64,000 nt of DNA from Minisyncoccota bacterium (GTDB lineage: Bacteria > Patescibacteriota > Minisyncoccia > Phycocordibacterales > UBA1006): contig JAJOIF010000006.1 in the NCBI GenBank assembly GCA_021209525.1, forward strand, positions 14,115-78,114. The letters run 5' to 3'. Positions 1-9,728 of this stretch are shown here, in pieces (the first letter of the stretch is position 1; every line of letters begins with the position of its first letter). A program made the position numbers and the translations under genes. The notes beneath the pieces were generated by a model that was not told the origin of the DNA, did not search any database, and worked only from the letters and a program-made list of their open reading frames with translations.

Positions 1-8
1 TGTCACAT

Positions 9-353
9 ATGCGCTTTGCATTTAGCGCATATCAAAAAATGCTCCGAGAAATCAGTTTGCATACCTATCCGCGTATTTCTGTTCCTGCAGGCGCAGAGCT
101 TGGTGGTATGGGCAAGACAGGTGCGTCAAGTTATCCCGAAGAATATACACATGTGCACATTCAATGTGAGCTCCGCAACAAAGAAGGCCATATTGTATTT
201 CTTGATCCTTTGCGGATACTTACAGGCAAGGAGTATCGTAACCTTACTGCAGATACTCAACATCCAGAAGATTTTCAGGATATCTATCACACGCATCGTG
301 ATCGCATCCACGAGCACAAATTAGAAGCTATTTGGGATATGCCCGCATCATAA
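9..353 (+). CDS. hypothetical protein
   Basis: ORF only; no motif recognised; stop 4 nt before next gene. Confidence 0.3.
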   Translation: MRFAFSAYQKMLREISLHTYPRISVPAGAELGGMGKTGASSYPEEYTHVHIQCELRNKEGHIVFLDPLRILTGKEYRNLTADTQHPEDFQDIYHTHRDRIHEHKLEAIWDMPAS

Positions 354-357
354 TACT

Positions 358-1287
358 ATGCACAGAAAAAAAATTGTTATTACTGGAGGGTCAGGATTTT
401 TAGGCTCATATCTCGTGCCTCTCTTGTTAAGGCAAGGGTATGATGTCGTGATTCTTGATCAAGTACCGCCACGATATCCTTATAAAAAGGATACGCGTAT
501 TTCTTTTGTTAAGGCGCGTCTCACTGAATCTGTGCCACATGATGAGCGACTGCTTGATCCGTATGGATACATTCATCTCGTCGGCAAGAATATCTTTGGC
601 AGATTTACACCAGAACACAAAAAAGAAATCTACGACTCTCGTATTATTGGTACTCATAATCTCATTAATCATCTCAAAGATCCTCGCTATACACCTCGCG
701 TATTCATTGGTGCTTCTGCTGTTGGTATATATGGTGACCAAGGTGATACGCTTTTGTCAGAAGTAAGTGATTATGGAAACACCTTTTTGTCTCAGGTGGT
801 GCGTGACTGGGAGCAGGAAACATTGCGTGCGCGTCTCTATGGTATGCGGACGGTTATCTTTCGCCAAGGGCACATTTTGGGCAAGGGTGGATTTTTAGGT
901 GCACTACAACCTCTGTTTATGTATGGTCTCGGAGGACCGCTCGGTTCTGGGAATCAATGGCTTCCATGGATCAGTGCTCACGATTTAGCTCATCTCTACG
1001 CTGAAGCATTATCGCGGCACGATATTGAGGGTATCTATACGACAGTGACTCCTACCCCTATTCGCTACAAAGAATTTTCTCGTGCATTTGCACGCGCCTT
1101 GCATCGTCCTCATATTCTGCCGACACCTACATGGTTGCTCGCGCTTCGTTTTGGTAAGGAATTTGCTCGTGAAATGACCGTGAGTCAGCGTATTGTGTCA
1201 CATCGCTTGCCACAATTTGATTATCGTCTCCAAGATACGCGCATTGATGTATTTCTTGAAAAACAAGTCGCAGAAATGGATCTCTAA
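358..1287 (+). CDS. NAD-dependent epimerase/dehydratase family protein (YfcH/TIGR01777-like)
   Basis: N-terminal Rossmann motif ITGGSGFLGS; ~300 aa with C-terminal region typical of YfcH-type epimerases. Confidence 0.65.
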   Translation: MHRKKIVITGGSGFLGSYLVPLLLRQGYDVVILDQVPPRYPYKKDTRISFVKARLTESVPHDERLLDPYGYIHLVGKNIFGRFTPEHKKEIYDSRIIGTHNLINHLKDPRYTPRVFIGASAVGIYGDQGDTLLSEVSDYGNTFLSQVVRDWEQETLRARLYGMRTVIFRQGHILGKGGFLGALQPLFMYGLGGPLGSGNQWLPWISAHDLAHLYAEALSRHDIEGIYTTVTPTPIRYKEFSRAFARALHRPHILPTPTWLLALRFGKEFAREMTVSQRIVSHRLPQFDYRLQDTRIDVFLEKQVAEMDL

Positions 1288-1294
1288 TATATAT

Positions 1295-2719
1295 ATGTCT
1301 GTAGATATTCGTCGTGTACAATTAAAAAATAATTACACCTATATCTCTGGTGCTGTTTTGTATTGGATGAATAGAGAGGGGAGGGTTCATGATAATTGGT
1401 CGCTCTTGTATGCCCAAGAACTTGCGGATATGCATCATGTGCCGCTCTATGTGTGCTACAATCTCGCTCTTGGTTTTTTGGGTGGTGGATATCGTCAGCA
1501 TCATTTCAAGCTTGCTGGACTTCGTGAAGTGGAGCGAGAACTTGCCCAGTATCAGATTCCTTTTATGATAGTGATAGGAGACGATAGTGACCCTCTTTCT
1601 GATGTGGTGCGTGATCTTGATATTGGTGTAGTAGTGACTGATTTCTTTCCCCTTACCCAAACACAAGAGTGGGTGCATGACCTTGCTCAAAAAATACATG
1701 TACCACTCTATGAAGTAGATGCGCATAATATTGTGCCGGTGTGGCAGACGAGTACTAAGCAAGAATACGCAGCGCGCACGATTCGTCCTAAATTACACAA
1801 GCTCTTGCCTGAATTCTTGACTCCTTTTCCAAAATTACACAAACAATCCCATGCCGCATCACGTATTCCAGAGATGTACGTTCCGGATTGGGAAGCCCTC
1901 GAAAATACACCTCATATCAACAGAAATATCGAGCCGGTTTCATGGATTGTTCCAGGAGCATCTGCTGCGCATCGCGCGCTTGAGTCTTTCCTGAAAGAGC
2001 GCTTTGGGGATTATGGGGGTGAACGCAATAATCCTTTGGTGCGCGGGCAATCTGACCTCTCTCCATATTTGCACTATGGTCATATCTCTGCGCAAACGAT
2101 TGCACTTGCGGTGCTTGCTGTAACCAAGCTCTCTATTTCTGATATTTTATCTGCGGATCGCAATGGCGCTGCGACAGATAATAGTGCTGCTGCATTTCTC
2201 GAAGAGCTCATTATACGCAAAGAACTCTCTGATAATTTTTGTTACTATCAACCCGCGTATGCAACATCGCTCGCATTTCCTGAATGGGCGCAGAAGACAC
2301 TCCTTGCAGCCGCAGACGATGCGCGTGAGTATGTGTACACGCTCGCAGAATTTGAAGGTGCGCAAACACATGATGATTTATGGAATGCTGCTCAACGAGA
2401 AATGGTGATTACGGGCAAAATGCACGGGTATATGCGTATGTATTGGGCAAAGAAAATTCTTGAATGGACAACAAACCCTGACGAAGCCTTGCGTATTGCC
2501 ATATATCTCAATGATGCTTATGAGCTCGACGGGCGTGACCCTAATGGGTATGCGGGAATTGCGTGGAGTATTGGCGGGGTACATGACCGGCCATGGTTTT
2601 GTCGTCCTGTATTTGGTACCATACGCTATATGGCACGCAGTGGCTGCGCAAAGAAATTTGATGTTGATGCCTATATTGAAAAATGGAGTCAGGGTTCGTC
2701 GCTCTTTACTGCCACTTAA
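1295..2719 (+). CDS. phr: deoxyribodipyrimidine (CPD) photolyase, likely class II
   Basis: DNA photolyase N-terminal alpha/beta domain plus FAD-binding C-terminal region (WNAAQREMVITGKMHGYMRMYWAKK, GGVHDRPW). ATG at 1295 preferred over ORF-track start 1193, which overlaps the upstream gene. Confidence 0.75.
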   Translation: MSVDIRRVQLKNNYTYISGAVLYWMNREGRVHDNWSLLYAQELADMHHVPLYVCYNLALGFLGGGYRQHHFKLAGLREVERELAQYQIPFMIVIGDDSDPLSDVVRDLDIGVVVTDFFPLTQTQEWVHDLAQKIHVPLYEVDAHNIVPVWQTSTKQEYAARTIRPKLHKLLPEFLTPFPKLHKQSHAASRIPEMYVPDWEALENTPHINRNIEPVSWIVPGASAAHRALESFLKERFGDYGGERNNPLVRGQSDLSPYLHYGHISAQTIALAVLAVTKLSISDILSADRNGAATDNSAAAFLEELIIRKELSDNFCYYQPAYATSLAFPEWAQKTLLAAADDAREYVYTLAEFEGAQTHDDLWNAAQREMVITGKMHGYMRMYWAKKILEWTTNPDEALRIAIYLNDAYELDGRDPNGYAGIAWSIGGVHDRPWFCRPVFGTIRYMARSGCAKKFDVDAYIEKWSQGSSLFTAT

Positions 2720-2725
2720 ACAAGT

Positions 2726-3493
2726 ATGTCTTTTTTCCACATTATTATTTTAAGTATCGTTGAAGGTGTTACCGAGTTCTTGCCGGTTTCTTCAACAGGG
2801 CATCTCATGATCGCTGCTCAACTACTCGGTATTGATGCGAGTACTTTTTTGAGCACGCTTATTATCGCTCTGCAATTAGGCGCCATTGGTGCGGTGGTTT
2901 TTTTATATGGCAAGGATCTCCTTACCGATCGCGCCCTTATGCGTCGTCTTATATATGCCACTATTCCTACAGCAATTATCGGCGTCATAGTGTATCCATT
3001 CTTGGGGTATTTGCTTACCCATGCGCTCATTCCTATTATTGCGCTCGGTGTTGGGGGGATTATTATGATTCTCGTTGAAATACATGTCCGTCATATACGC
3101 GCGCGAGATATTGTTCAAGAAATAACCCCTCGCCAATCTATTGCGCTCGGTTTTTTCCAAGCAATTGCATTTATTCCAGGTGTTTCTCGTTCTGCGTCAA
3201 CGATTATCGGAGGACTGCTCGTGGGTGTTGAGCGCGTTACCATTACACGATTTTCATTTCTCATGGCCGTGCCTCTTATGGTTATTGCTACGCTCTATGA
3301 TCTTGCGCATGTGTCATGGAGTTTTTCTGGAAATGAGTGGTCGATGCTTGGTGTAGGTATGCTCATTGCAGGGCTGGTTGCATATGGTGCTATGAAATTA
3401 TTACTTGCTTTTGTAGCGAGATATTCATTTATTCCATTTGGAGTGTATCGAATCATTTTTGCATTATGTATGTTTGTGTTTTGGTATATGTAA
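2726..3493 (+). CDS. uppP: undecaprenyl-diphosphatase
   Basis: BacA/UppP signature VEGVTEFLPVSSTGHL and PGVSRSASTI; ~8 TM helices. Confidence 0.85.
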   Translation: MSFFHIIILSIVEGVTEFLPVSSTGHLMIAAQLLGIDASTFLSTLIIALQLGAIGAVVFLYGKDLLTDRALMRRLIYATIPTAIIGVIVYPFLGYLLTHALIPIIALGVGGIIMILVEIHVRHIRARDIVQEITPRQSIALGFFQAIAFIPGVSRSASTIIGGLLVGVERVTITRFSFLMAVPLMVIATLYDLAHVSWSFSGNEWSMLGVGMLIAGLVAYGAMKLLLAFVARYSFIPFGVYRIIFALCMFVFWYM

Positions 3494-3610
3494 TGAGTGC
3501 AAGGAGCTCTCGGGAGCAGCCGAGAATTACTCTGTAATAGAAAATTCTTACCCTCTCTTTTTATAAATCATGCTATACTATATACATTATTCATAATACA
3601 TTTTTTATCT

Positions 3611-4384
3611 ATGTTTTTTAAAGATCACAATACATCATTACGCACAGCACTCATGGGTGGGGGAGTTGCTCTTTTGGTAAGCTTAACCATACTTGCACTT
3701 GTTGCGACCGTATTACTCATCCTTTCAATCACGAATCGTCCTGATCGTGCTATGACGACTATTACTGTGGAGGGATTAGGTGAAGTGCAAGCATTACCAG
3801 ATATTGCACGTATTTCATTTTCTGTAGAAGAAAGAGGTGAGGATATTGCATCAGCACAACGCGCAGCAACTGAGCGTATGGCAGATGTCCTCGCTCTAGT
3901 AAAGACACATGCCGAAGAACGCGACATTCGTGTCACCGGATATAGCGCGTCACCGCATTATGAATGGACTGATGGGCGTCGTGTGGATAGTGGGTTTATC
4001 GTTACTCAAAATATTGATGTGCGTGTGCGTGACCTTGAAAAGCTTCCTATTCTTGTTGGAGCTCTCGGGCAAGCGAATATTACATCACTCTTTGGTCCGT
4101 CATTTGAAATTGATGATCCAGAAAATTTGAAAAATGATGCTCGCACACAAGCGCTTGAACATGCGCGCCGTCAAGCACAAGAAATTGCTGATAATCTCGG
4201 TGTGCGCCTCGTCCGTGTTGTAGGTTTCTCTGAAGGAGAAGGGTATGGATATCCAATGCCACGCATGGCTGCAAGCCCTGAAATGGGAATGATCAAAACC
4301 GCTGATATGGTTATGGCACCAGAATTACCTCTCGGAGAAAATACGGTTACTGCGCGTGTGCAAGTGACGTACAAGATTAGGTAA
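3611..4384 (+). CDS. SIMPL-domain (DUF541/YggE-like) protein with N-terminal TM anchor
   Basis: TM helix followed by SIMPL-like domain (ITVEGLGEVQALPDIARISFSV ... VTQNIDVRVRDL). Internal ATG 3611 chosen. Confidence 0.55.
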   Translation: MFFKDHNTSLRTALMGGGVALLVSLTILALVATVLLILSITNRPDRAMTTITVEGLGEVQALPDIARISFSVEERGEDIASAQRAATERMADVLALVKTHAEERDIRVTGYSASPHYEWTDGRRVDSGFIVTQNIDVRVRDLEKLPILVGALGQANITSLFGPSFEIDDPENLKNDARTQALEHARRQAQEIADNLGVRLVRVVGFSEGEGYGYPMPRMAASPEMGMIKTADMVMAPELPLGENTVTARVQVTYKIR

Positions 4385-4454
4385 AAGAGAGGGGAAACAT
4401 CAAGTATCAAATTATAAATCCCAAATAAATTCCAAATTACAAATCTTAAAATAC

Positions 4455-4478
4455 AAAAACCGGTTATGCCGGTTTTTT
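4455..4478 (+). terminator. rho-independent terminator (aaaaaccggttatgccggtttttt)
   Basis: GC hairpin ccggttatgccgg followed by T-run, downstream of the SIMPL gene. Confidence 0.7.
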
Positions 4479-4516
4479 GTGTTTTATCCTTGTTTTTGGG
4501 TCTTGGAACTTAGAAT

Positions 4517-4580
4517 TTCTTTGTATCTTGTATCTTGTATCTTGTATCTTGTATCTTGTATCTTGTATCTTGTATCTTGC
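4517..4580. repeat. tandem heptamer array (TCTTGTA, about 8 copies)
   Basis: Perfect 7-bp periodicity seen directly. Track ORFs 4477/4479 translate it as LYLVSCILYLVSC, which is an artefact. Confidence 0.9.
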
Positions 4581-4725
4581 TTTGCTCGCTGCAGTGAAGC
4601 GAAGGCGAGTATCTTTTCAATACCCTGCTCGTCCCAGCAGGTTCAGCGACGCGTTCTCCCTAAAAACTTGCATAAATTTTTATTCATTATATTATGCAAT
4701 AAAGATAACCTTAAAATATGTACAT

Positions 4726-5277
4726 ATGAATCCACACCTTTCTCCTGCAGATAGAAAACAGTTTTCTGTCTACTACAATAACACCTACAAACTTCTCTGT
4801 TCTGTTGCGCATAGATCTTATGCAAATATTTTACTGACTAATGGGCTAGAGGCAGAAGATATTGTTTCAATGACAATGATAAATGCTTTTGAGCACTTTC
4901 ATAATTTCAAAGAGACGACAGGTCCAAAAAATTTTTATACTTGGGTCTGTGTCATTATGAAAAACTTGGCAATTAATTTATTTCGCAAGAAAAAAATTGA
5001 ATACCATTTCGTTGAATGTATGCAGACACATGAACGGATGTGCACACATCCGACACATCAAAAAGACCACCTTGATTATCTTGAAAAAATAGATAGTTAT
5101 AATCAGGCGGCAACAGTACTAGAATGTTTATCTGAGCGTGATAAAAACATTATACTGCTGCGCGCTGACGAGTATTCATATCAAGAGATTATGTCTCTAT
5201 TAGGTCTTAAAGAAAGCGTAGTGAAAACGCGCCTAAATCGTGTGCGCACAAAAATCAAAGAAAAACTCTCCGGATAA
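4726..5277 (+). CDS. ECF-type RNA polymerase sigma-70 family factor
   Basis: Sigma-70 region 2-like segment (YTWVCVIMKNLAINLFRKKK) and region 4 HTH (YSYQEIMSLLGLKESVVKTRLNRVRTKIKEKL). ATG 4726 sits 8 nt after a TAAAAT -10 box. Confidence 0.65.
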   Translation: MNPHLSPADRKQFSVYYNNTYKLLCSVAHRSYANILLTNGLEAEDIVSMTMINAFEHFHNFKETTGPKNFYTWVCVIMKNLAINLFRKKKIEYHFVECMQTHERMCTHPTHQKDHLDYLEKIDSYNQAATVLECLSERDKNIILLRADEYSYQEIMSLLGLKESVVKTRLNRVRTKIKEKLSG

Positions 5278-5438
5278 TGGAGGGTTTTTATATGCGAATA
5301 AGAGGACAGAGAATCCCTTGACATATTCTACAAAAAGAGTACTCTATATACATACCAGAGCCCCACCAAGGGGTTTTAAAATACACGAAATTTATGAATC
5401 TTATACAATATTTTAAAGGAGTTTTTGCAGAAATACCT

Positions 5439-5573
5439 ATGATTACATGGCCAACACGTCGTCAAACAGCGTGGCTCACCGCTATTGTTATTATTATTTC
5501 TGTGATTGCTGGATATTACCTAGGTCTTTTTGACTTTATTTTTGCACGCGTTCTTGAACTTATTATTAGCTAA
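5439..5573 (+). CDS. secE: preprotein translocase subunit SecE (44 aa, below ORF-track cutoff)
   Basis: Single-TM peptide MITWPTRRQTAWLTAIVIIISVIAGYYLGLFDFIFARVLELIIS immediately upstream of nusG, the conserved secE-nusG-rplK order. Confidence 0.6.
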   Translation: MITWPTRRQTAWLTAIVIIISVIAGYYLGLFDFIFARVLELIIS

Positions 5574-5587
5574 TTTTTGTATCATCT

Positions 5588-6133
5588 ATGTCAAAACAAG
5601 AAATTACACAAGAAAGAAATTGGTATGCTATTCACACATACTCAGGATACGAAGAAGCAGTAGCGCGTAACTTGCGTCAACGTGCAGAGTCTCTCGGTAT
5701 GCAAGACAAAATCTTTAATGTGATTGTACCCAAAGAAAAAAGCATCAAGATCAAAGGGGGTAAGCGTGTCGAAGTAGAAGAAAAAATTTACCCAGGATAT
5801 GCACTCGTAGACATGATCGTCACCGATGACTCGTGGTATGTCGTGCGTAACACACCTCGCGTTACAGGTTTTGTGGGCTCAGGAGTACATCCAGTACCTG
5901 TTGAAAAAGCAGAAATTGATAACCTTTTTTCTCGTATGAATGCATCAACCAATACGCATGATATTGGTCTTGAAATCGGAGAATCAGTACAAATTACAGA
6001 TGGTCCATTTAAAGAATTCGAGGGCAAGGTAAGCGACATAGACAATGAGCGAGGAAAAGTACACGTACTCGTTGCTATGTTTGGTCGCGAAACCCCTGTG
6101 GAACTCGACTTCTTGCAAGTTAAGAAAATATAA
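5588..6133 (+). CDS. nusG: transcription termination/antitermination factor NusG
   Basis: NGN domain (WYAIHTYSGYEEAV) and KOW domain (GESVQITDGPFKEFEGKV). Confidence 0.9.
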   Translation: MSKQEITQERNWYAIHTYSGYEEAVARNLRQRAESLGMQDKIFNVIVPKEKSIKIKGGKRVEVEEKIYPGYALVDMIVTDDSWYVVRNTPRVTGFVGSGVHPVPVEKAEIDNLFSRMNASTNTHDIGLEIGESVQITDGPFKEFEGKVSDIDNERGKVHVLVAMFGRETPVELDFLQVKKI

Positions 6134-6209
6134 GTAGTATAGTACCTATCGTACCTGAGACGGTCCCGTCAGACATGCTTCTCACTCAGATACATCACCC
6201 ATTTATCAT

Positions 6210-6635
6210 ATGGCTAAAAAAATCGTTAAAACACTTAAATTACAAATCAAAGGGGGGCAAGCAAATCCAGCTCCACCACTCGGTCCGGCTCTCGGGCAAG
6301 CTGGGGTAAACATCGGAGAATTCGTAAACCAATTCAATGCTGCTACATCAGCTCAAATGGGAGAAACTGTCTCTGTATTACTTGATGTATACGATGACCG
6401 CACCTTCTCATTTGTTATCAAAACAGCTCCTGCGTCAGCGCTTATCAAAAAGGCTGCAGGCATCAAATCAGGTTCTGGTAAAAATGCACAAAAGAAAGCA
6501 GGTTCTATTACTACTGCTCAATTGCGTCAAATTGCCGAAGAAAAACTTCCTGACTTGAATGCTCATGATATTGATGCTGCGATGAAAATCATCGAAGGAT
6601 CAGCTCGCTCAATGGGAGTTCAAATCAAAGACTAA
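6210..6635 (+). CDS. rplK: 50S ribosomal protein L11
   Basis: Canonical L11 sequence [30 protein letters not shown]. Confidence 0.95.
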   Translation: MAKKIVKTLKLQIKGGQANPAPPLGPALGQAGVNIGEFVNQFNAATSAQMGETVSVLLDVYDDRTFSFVIKTAPASALIKKAAGIKSGSGKNAQKKAGSITTAQLRQIAEEKLPDLNAHDIDAAMKIIEGSARSMGVQIKD

Positions 6636-6650
6636 TATCAGTACACAGAT

Positions 6651-6676
6651 AAAAAGCCGCATTGTGCGGCTTTTTT
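6651..6676 (+). terminator. rho-independent terminator after rplK (gccgcattgtgcggc + T6)
   Basis: Hairpin plus T-run; next gene is convergent. Confidence 0.8.
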
Positions 6677-6693
6677 GTGCATGGGTGCATTAA

Positions 6694-7203
6694 TTAATGG
6701 AATCGCGGTTCAATGACAAAAGAAAAATCATTTTCTTTATAAGACACCTTGAGCCATACCTCCTCGACTGCATGATCTCCTTTGTACACAATGCGCACAT
6801 GATCAATCGCCCCTCCGAGTGTTACTGGTTGAAATTTTTCAATACACCCAAAGAGCATAATGTGTATTACGCGCGGAGCAAGTTCCATGCGCGCATTGCT
6901 TGTTTCCATGATCCTGCTAATTTCTTGCGGAGAGAACTCGAGACGCTTCATTCCGGTAATAGGGCCCAGAATAACGCGAGGCTTCTTACCAAAAGACTCA
7001 AGTGCAATAATTGCAAAATCTTTTGTCGCACCAAAGTAATGGGCATGATATGTGTGAATATAACTTGTTTCAAGCATATCATACACATCATTAAGGCTCA
7101 CCACTTCAATACTTTTGCCTTTCTTTTTTTGTGACTTTTGCGCAAAGAGAAAAGCAGGAGAGAGGAGGGTGCATACGAGCACTACGATAAGTATTTTTTT
7201 CAT
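6694..7203 (-). CDS. secreted hypothetical protein
   Basis: N-terminal signal peptide MKKILIVVLVCTLLSPAFLFA; no family recognised. Confidence 0.5.
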   Translation of the reverse strand: MKKILIVVLVCTLLSPAFLFAQKSQKKKGKSIEVVSLNDVYDMLETSYIHTYHAHYFGATKDFAIIALESFGKKPRVILGPITGMKRLEFSPQEISRIMETSNARMELAPRVIHIMLFGCIEKFQPVTLGGAIDHVRIVYKGDHAVEEVWLKVSYKENDFSFVIEPRFH

Positions 7204-7315
7204 GTAGATTAAGTTTTAGATGAACAAATATATAAATTCAAAATAGCATATTTCAGAAATATGTCAAGTTACACGATCTCGAATACTCAGCCTGATTGTA
7301 TGCTATACTCAATAC

Positions 7316-7393
7316 ATGAATAAAGGATTTACAAAATTATGGCTGCTTTTTGGGGTGCTCGTAGTGATTGCTATAGCGCTCTTGCTTGCATAA
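7316..7393 (+). CDS. possible 25-aa single-TM micropeptide
   Basis: ATG lies 6 nt after a TATACT -10 box (same cassette as many genes here); hydrophobic peptide MNKGFTKLWLLFGVLVVIAIALLLA. Confidence 0.3.
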   Translation: MNKGFTKLWLLFGVLVVIAIALLLA

Positions 7394-7882
7394 TTATTTC
7401 TCGAGCATTACAAAACTATAGGCAATGCCGTCAGGAGACACAAAGTCACCCTCTTTTGTTTCTTTGGTAAAGAGGTGTTCGTAAGGAGGGAAAAATGTAT
7501 CAGCCGGCTTGTCTCCGTGAATGAGGGTGAGGTGAAGTGTATCTGCATATGCAAGTCCTTCGGCATATACTGATGATCCGCCAATAATAAAAATTTCCTT
7601 ATCCAGAGACTGTGCATATGCAAGCGCCTCTGGCAATGAAGTGTATACACGCGCACCAGGTGCGTCATAGTGAGCCTGACCACTGAGGACAATATTTTCG
7701 CGATAGGGTAGGGGACGAAATGCATCAGGGAGTGATTCCCAAGTAGCGCGCCCCATAATCACTACTGTGTCTCTGGTTAAGTCGCGAAAGCGCTTCATAT
7801 CAGCAGGAATGTGATAAAGAAGGTCATTTTGGTAGCCAATGCCACGATCCTTTTTTTGAATTGCGGAAATAATGTGTATCAT
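7394..7882 (-). CDS. folA: dihydrofolate reductase
   Basis: DHFR motifs IISAIQKKDRGIGYQNDLLYHIPADMKRFRDLT, VIMGRATWESL, IIGGSSVY; internal Met start chosen. Confidence 0.85.
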   Translation of the reverse strand: MIHIISAIQKKDRGIGYQNDLLYHIPADMKRFRDLTRDTVVIMGRATWESLPDAFRPLPYRENIVLSGQAHYDAPGARVYTSLPEALAYAQSLDKEIFIIGGSSVYAEGLAYADTLHLTLIHGDKPADTFFPPYEHLFTKETKEGDFVSPDGIAYSFVMLEK

Positions 7883-7896
7883 ATATACTTCATTAT

Positions 7897-8397
7897 ATGT
7901 CAGAAACACATGAAAGCAACCATACCCGCCCTTCTTGGGATGAGTATTTTATCGAGATCATGGATGCCGTAGCAAAGCGAGCCACATGTGATCGTGGTCG
8001 CAGTGGATGTGTTATTGCTCGCGACAAGCGTATTGTAGCAACGGGATATGTTGGCGCGCCTGCTGGGTGCGCTCATTGTGATGAAGTGGGTCATGAAATG
8101 CATACAGTAACCCACGAAGATGGAACTCAAACACGTCACTGTATTCGTACCACACATGCTGAACAAAATGCCTTAGCGCATGCTGCGCGTGTTGGCGTTG
8201 CTCTTGAGGGGGCAACGCTGTATTGCAATATGACTCCATGTTATATATGTGCAAAAATGATTATTAATGCAGGTATTGTGCGTGTCGTCGCGCTCAAGGA
8301 TTATCATGCGAGTGCACGGAGTAAAGAGGTGTTTATTGAAGCGGGCGTGCTTTTTGAACTCTTGCACGAAGAAACGCAATCGTATGCAGATCAATAA
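7897..8397 (+). CDS. dCMP deaminase (ComEB-type)
   Basis: CMP/dCMP deaminase zinc motifs HAEQNA ... PCYICAKMI. Confidence 0.85.
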   Translation: MSETHESNHTRPSWDEYFIEIMDAVAKRATCDRGRSGCVIARDKRIVATGYVGAPAGCAHCDEVGHEMHTVTHEDGTQTRHCIRTTHAEQNALAHAARVGVALEGATLYCNMTPCYICAKMIINAGIVRVVALKDYHASARSKEVFIEAGVLFELLHEETQSYADQ

Positions 8398-8399
8398 TT

Positions 8400-8732
8400 A
8401 TGACTATTAACTTACAACAATTACAAAAAGATGTATATCAAAACAAACTTGACAAAGGGTTTAATACCACTGATGTCGCGCTTGAATTTTGTCGCGCTCA
8501 CGAAGAGTTGTCTGAAGCATTTAAAAAACACAATCTTGGTGAAGATGGTGTGGGCGAAGAACTCGCTGATGTGGCAATTTTTCTCTTGGGAATGGCAGAG
8601 ATACTCGGTTTTAATTTAGAGGCAGAGCTTGTACGTAAAATTGAAATTAACAAAAAACGCGTCTATAAAAAAGTTATTAATGCCGATGGTAAAGAGGTGC
8701 TTATTCGTGTTAAAACCGATATTGATCCATAA
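8400..8732 (+). CDS. MazG-like nucleotide pyrophosphohydrolase
   Basis: MazG-domain EEL/E motifs (AHEELSEAFKK ... EELADVAIFLLGMAE). Confidence 0.7.
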   Translation: MTINLQQLQKDVYQNKLDKGFNTTDVALEFCRAHEELSEAFKKHNLGEDGVGEELADVAIFLLGMAEILGFNLEAELVRKIEINKKRVYKKVINADGKEVLIRVKTDIDP

Positions 8733-8733
8733 T

Positions 8734-8758
8734 AAAAACCCTCACACGAGGGTTTTTT
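8734..8758. terminator. bidirectional rho-independent terminator (aaaaaccctcacacgagggtttttt)
   Basis: Hairpin flanked by A-run and T-run between convergent mazG-like and thyA. Confidence 0.8.
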
Positions 8759-8762
8759 ACTA

Positions 8763-9728
8763 TTACACTGCAATAGGTGCTTTGATAGCAGGGTGAGGAT
8801 TATAATCCTCAATACTGATATCATCAAAGGCAAAGTCTTCAAAATTCTTTACTTCTGGGTTCAGTACCAATCGTGGCATAGGGCGCGGGTCACGAGATAA
8901 TTGTTCGCGGGCTTGCTCGAGGTGATTACTGTACAGGTGAATATCACCACCTGTCCAGATAAAGTCACCTACTTCATGATCAGTTACGTGCGCAATCATT
9001 GCAGTCAAGAGTGCATATGATGCAATGTTAAAGGGAACACCCAGGAAAAAGTCAGCGCTTCGTTGGTAGAGCTGGCAAGAAAGCTTTCTCTTTTGAGTAC
9101 CTGGGATTGGTTCTGAATAAAATTGAAAGAGTGCGTGACATGGAGGAAGTCCAGATTTCTGCATTTCTTCAATTTGCCCAACATTCCATGCGGAAACAAT
9201 ATTTCTCCGAGAGTCAGGATTCTTCTTGAGTGTTTCAATAACTTGAGAAACTTGATCGATGTGTTCACCTGTAGGTGTTGGCCATGAGCGCCACTGATAT
9301 CCATACACGGGACCTAATTCGCCATACTGTTTTGCAAAATCAGGGTCTGTTGCAATTTTTTCTTCATATGCTGCGAGTAAGGCATTCCATGCATCACTAT
9401 TGGTTTCAGGAATAGCTTGATCGGTATCTTTCAAATATGCCTTGAAAGGCCATTCACTCCAAATACCGACTTTGTTTTGTATCAAGTATTCAATATTAGT
9501 GCTTCCTTGCAAGAACCAAATGAGCTCATGAGTAATAGAGCGCATAAATACTTTTTTGGTGGTGAGGAGCGGAAAACCTTGTGACAAGTCAAAACGCATT
9601 TGATGTCCAAAGACACTGCGCGTACCTGTTCCTGTGCGGTCGCCTTTGTCGACACCGTGATCAAGAATATGTTGCATTAATGAAAGGTATTCCTGGTCTG
9701 CATGTGAATGTGATGAATATGATTGCAT
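8763..9728 (-). CDS. thyA: thymidylate synthase (long form with ~50-aa insert)
   Basis: TS motifs [43 protein letters not shown]. Confidence 0.95.
   Translation of the reverse strand: MQSYSSHSHADQEYLSLMQHILDHGVDKGDRTGTGTRSVFGHQMRFDLSQGFPLLTTKKVFMRSITHELIWFLQGSTNIEYLIQNKVGIWSEWPFKAYLKDTDQAIPETNSDAWNALLAAYEEKIATDPDFAKQYGELGPVYGYQWRSWPTPTGEHIDQVSQVIETLKKNPDSRRNIVSAWNVGQIEEMQKSGLPPCHALFQFYSEPIPGTQKRKLSCQLYQRSADFFLGVPFNIASYALLTAMIAHVTDHEVGDFIWTGGDIHLYSNHLEQAREQLSRDPRPMPRLVLNPEVKNFEDFAFDDISIEDYNPHPAIKAPIAV

Noticed and set aside
1193-1294. Extended photolyase start at 1193
   Set aside because: It overlaps the last 95 nt of the epimerase gene. The ATG at 1295 gives a family-typical N-terminus without overlap.
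4477-4754. ORF-track proteins starting at 4477/4479 with LYLVSCILYLVSC repeats
   Set aside because: This is a translation of the TCTTGTA tandem array and terminator region. The real sigma-factor gene starts at the internal ATG 4726.
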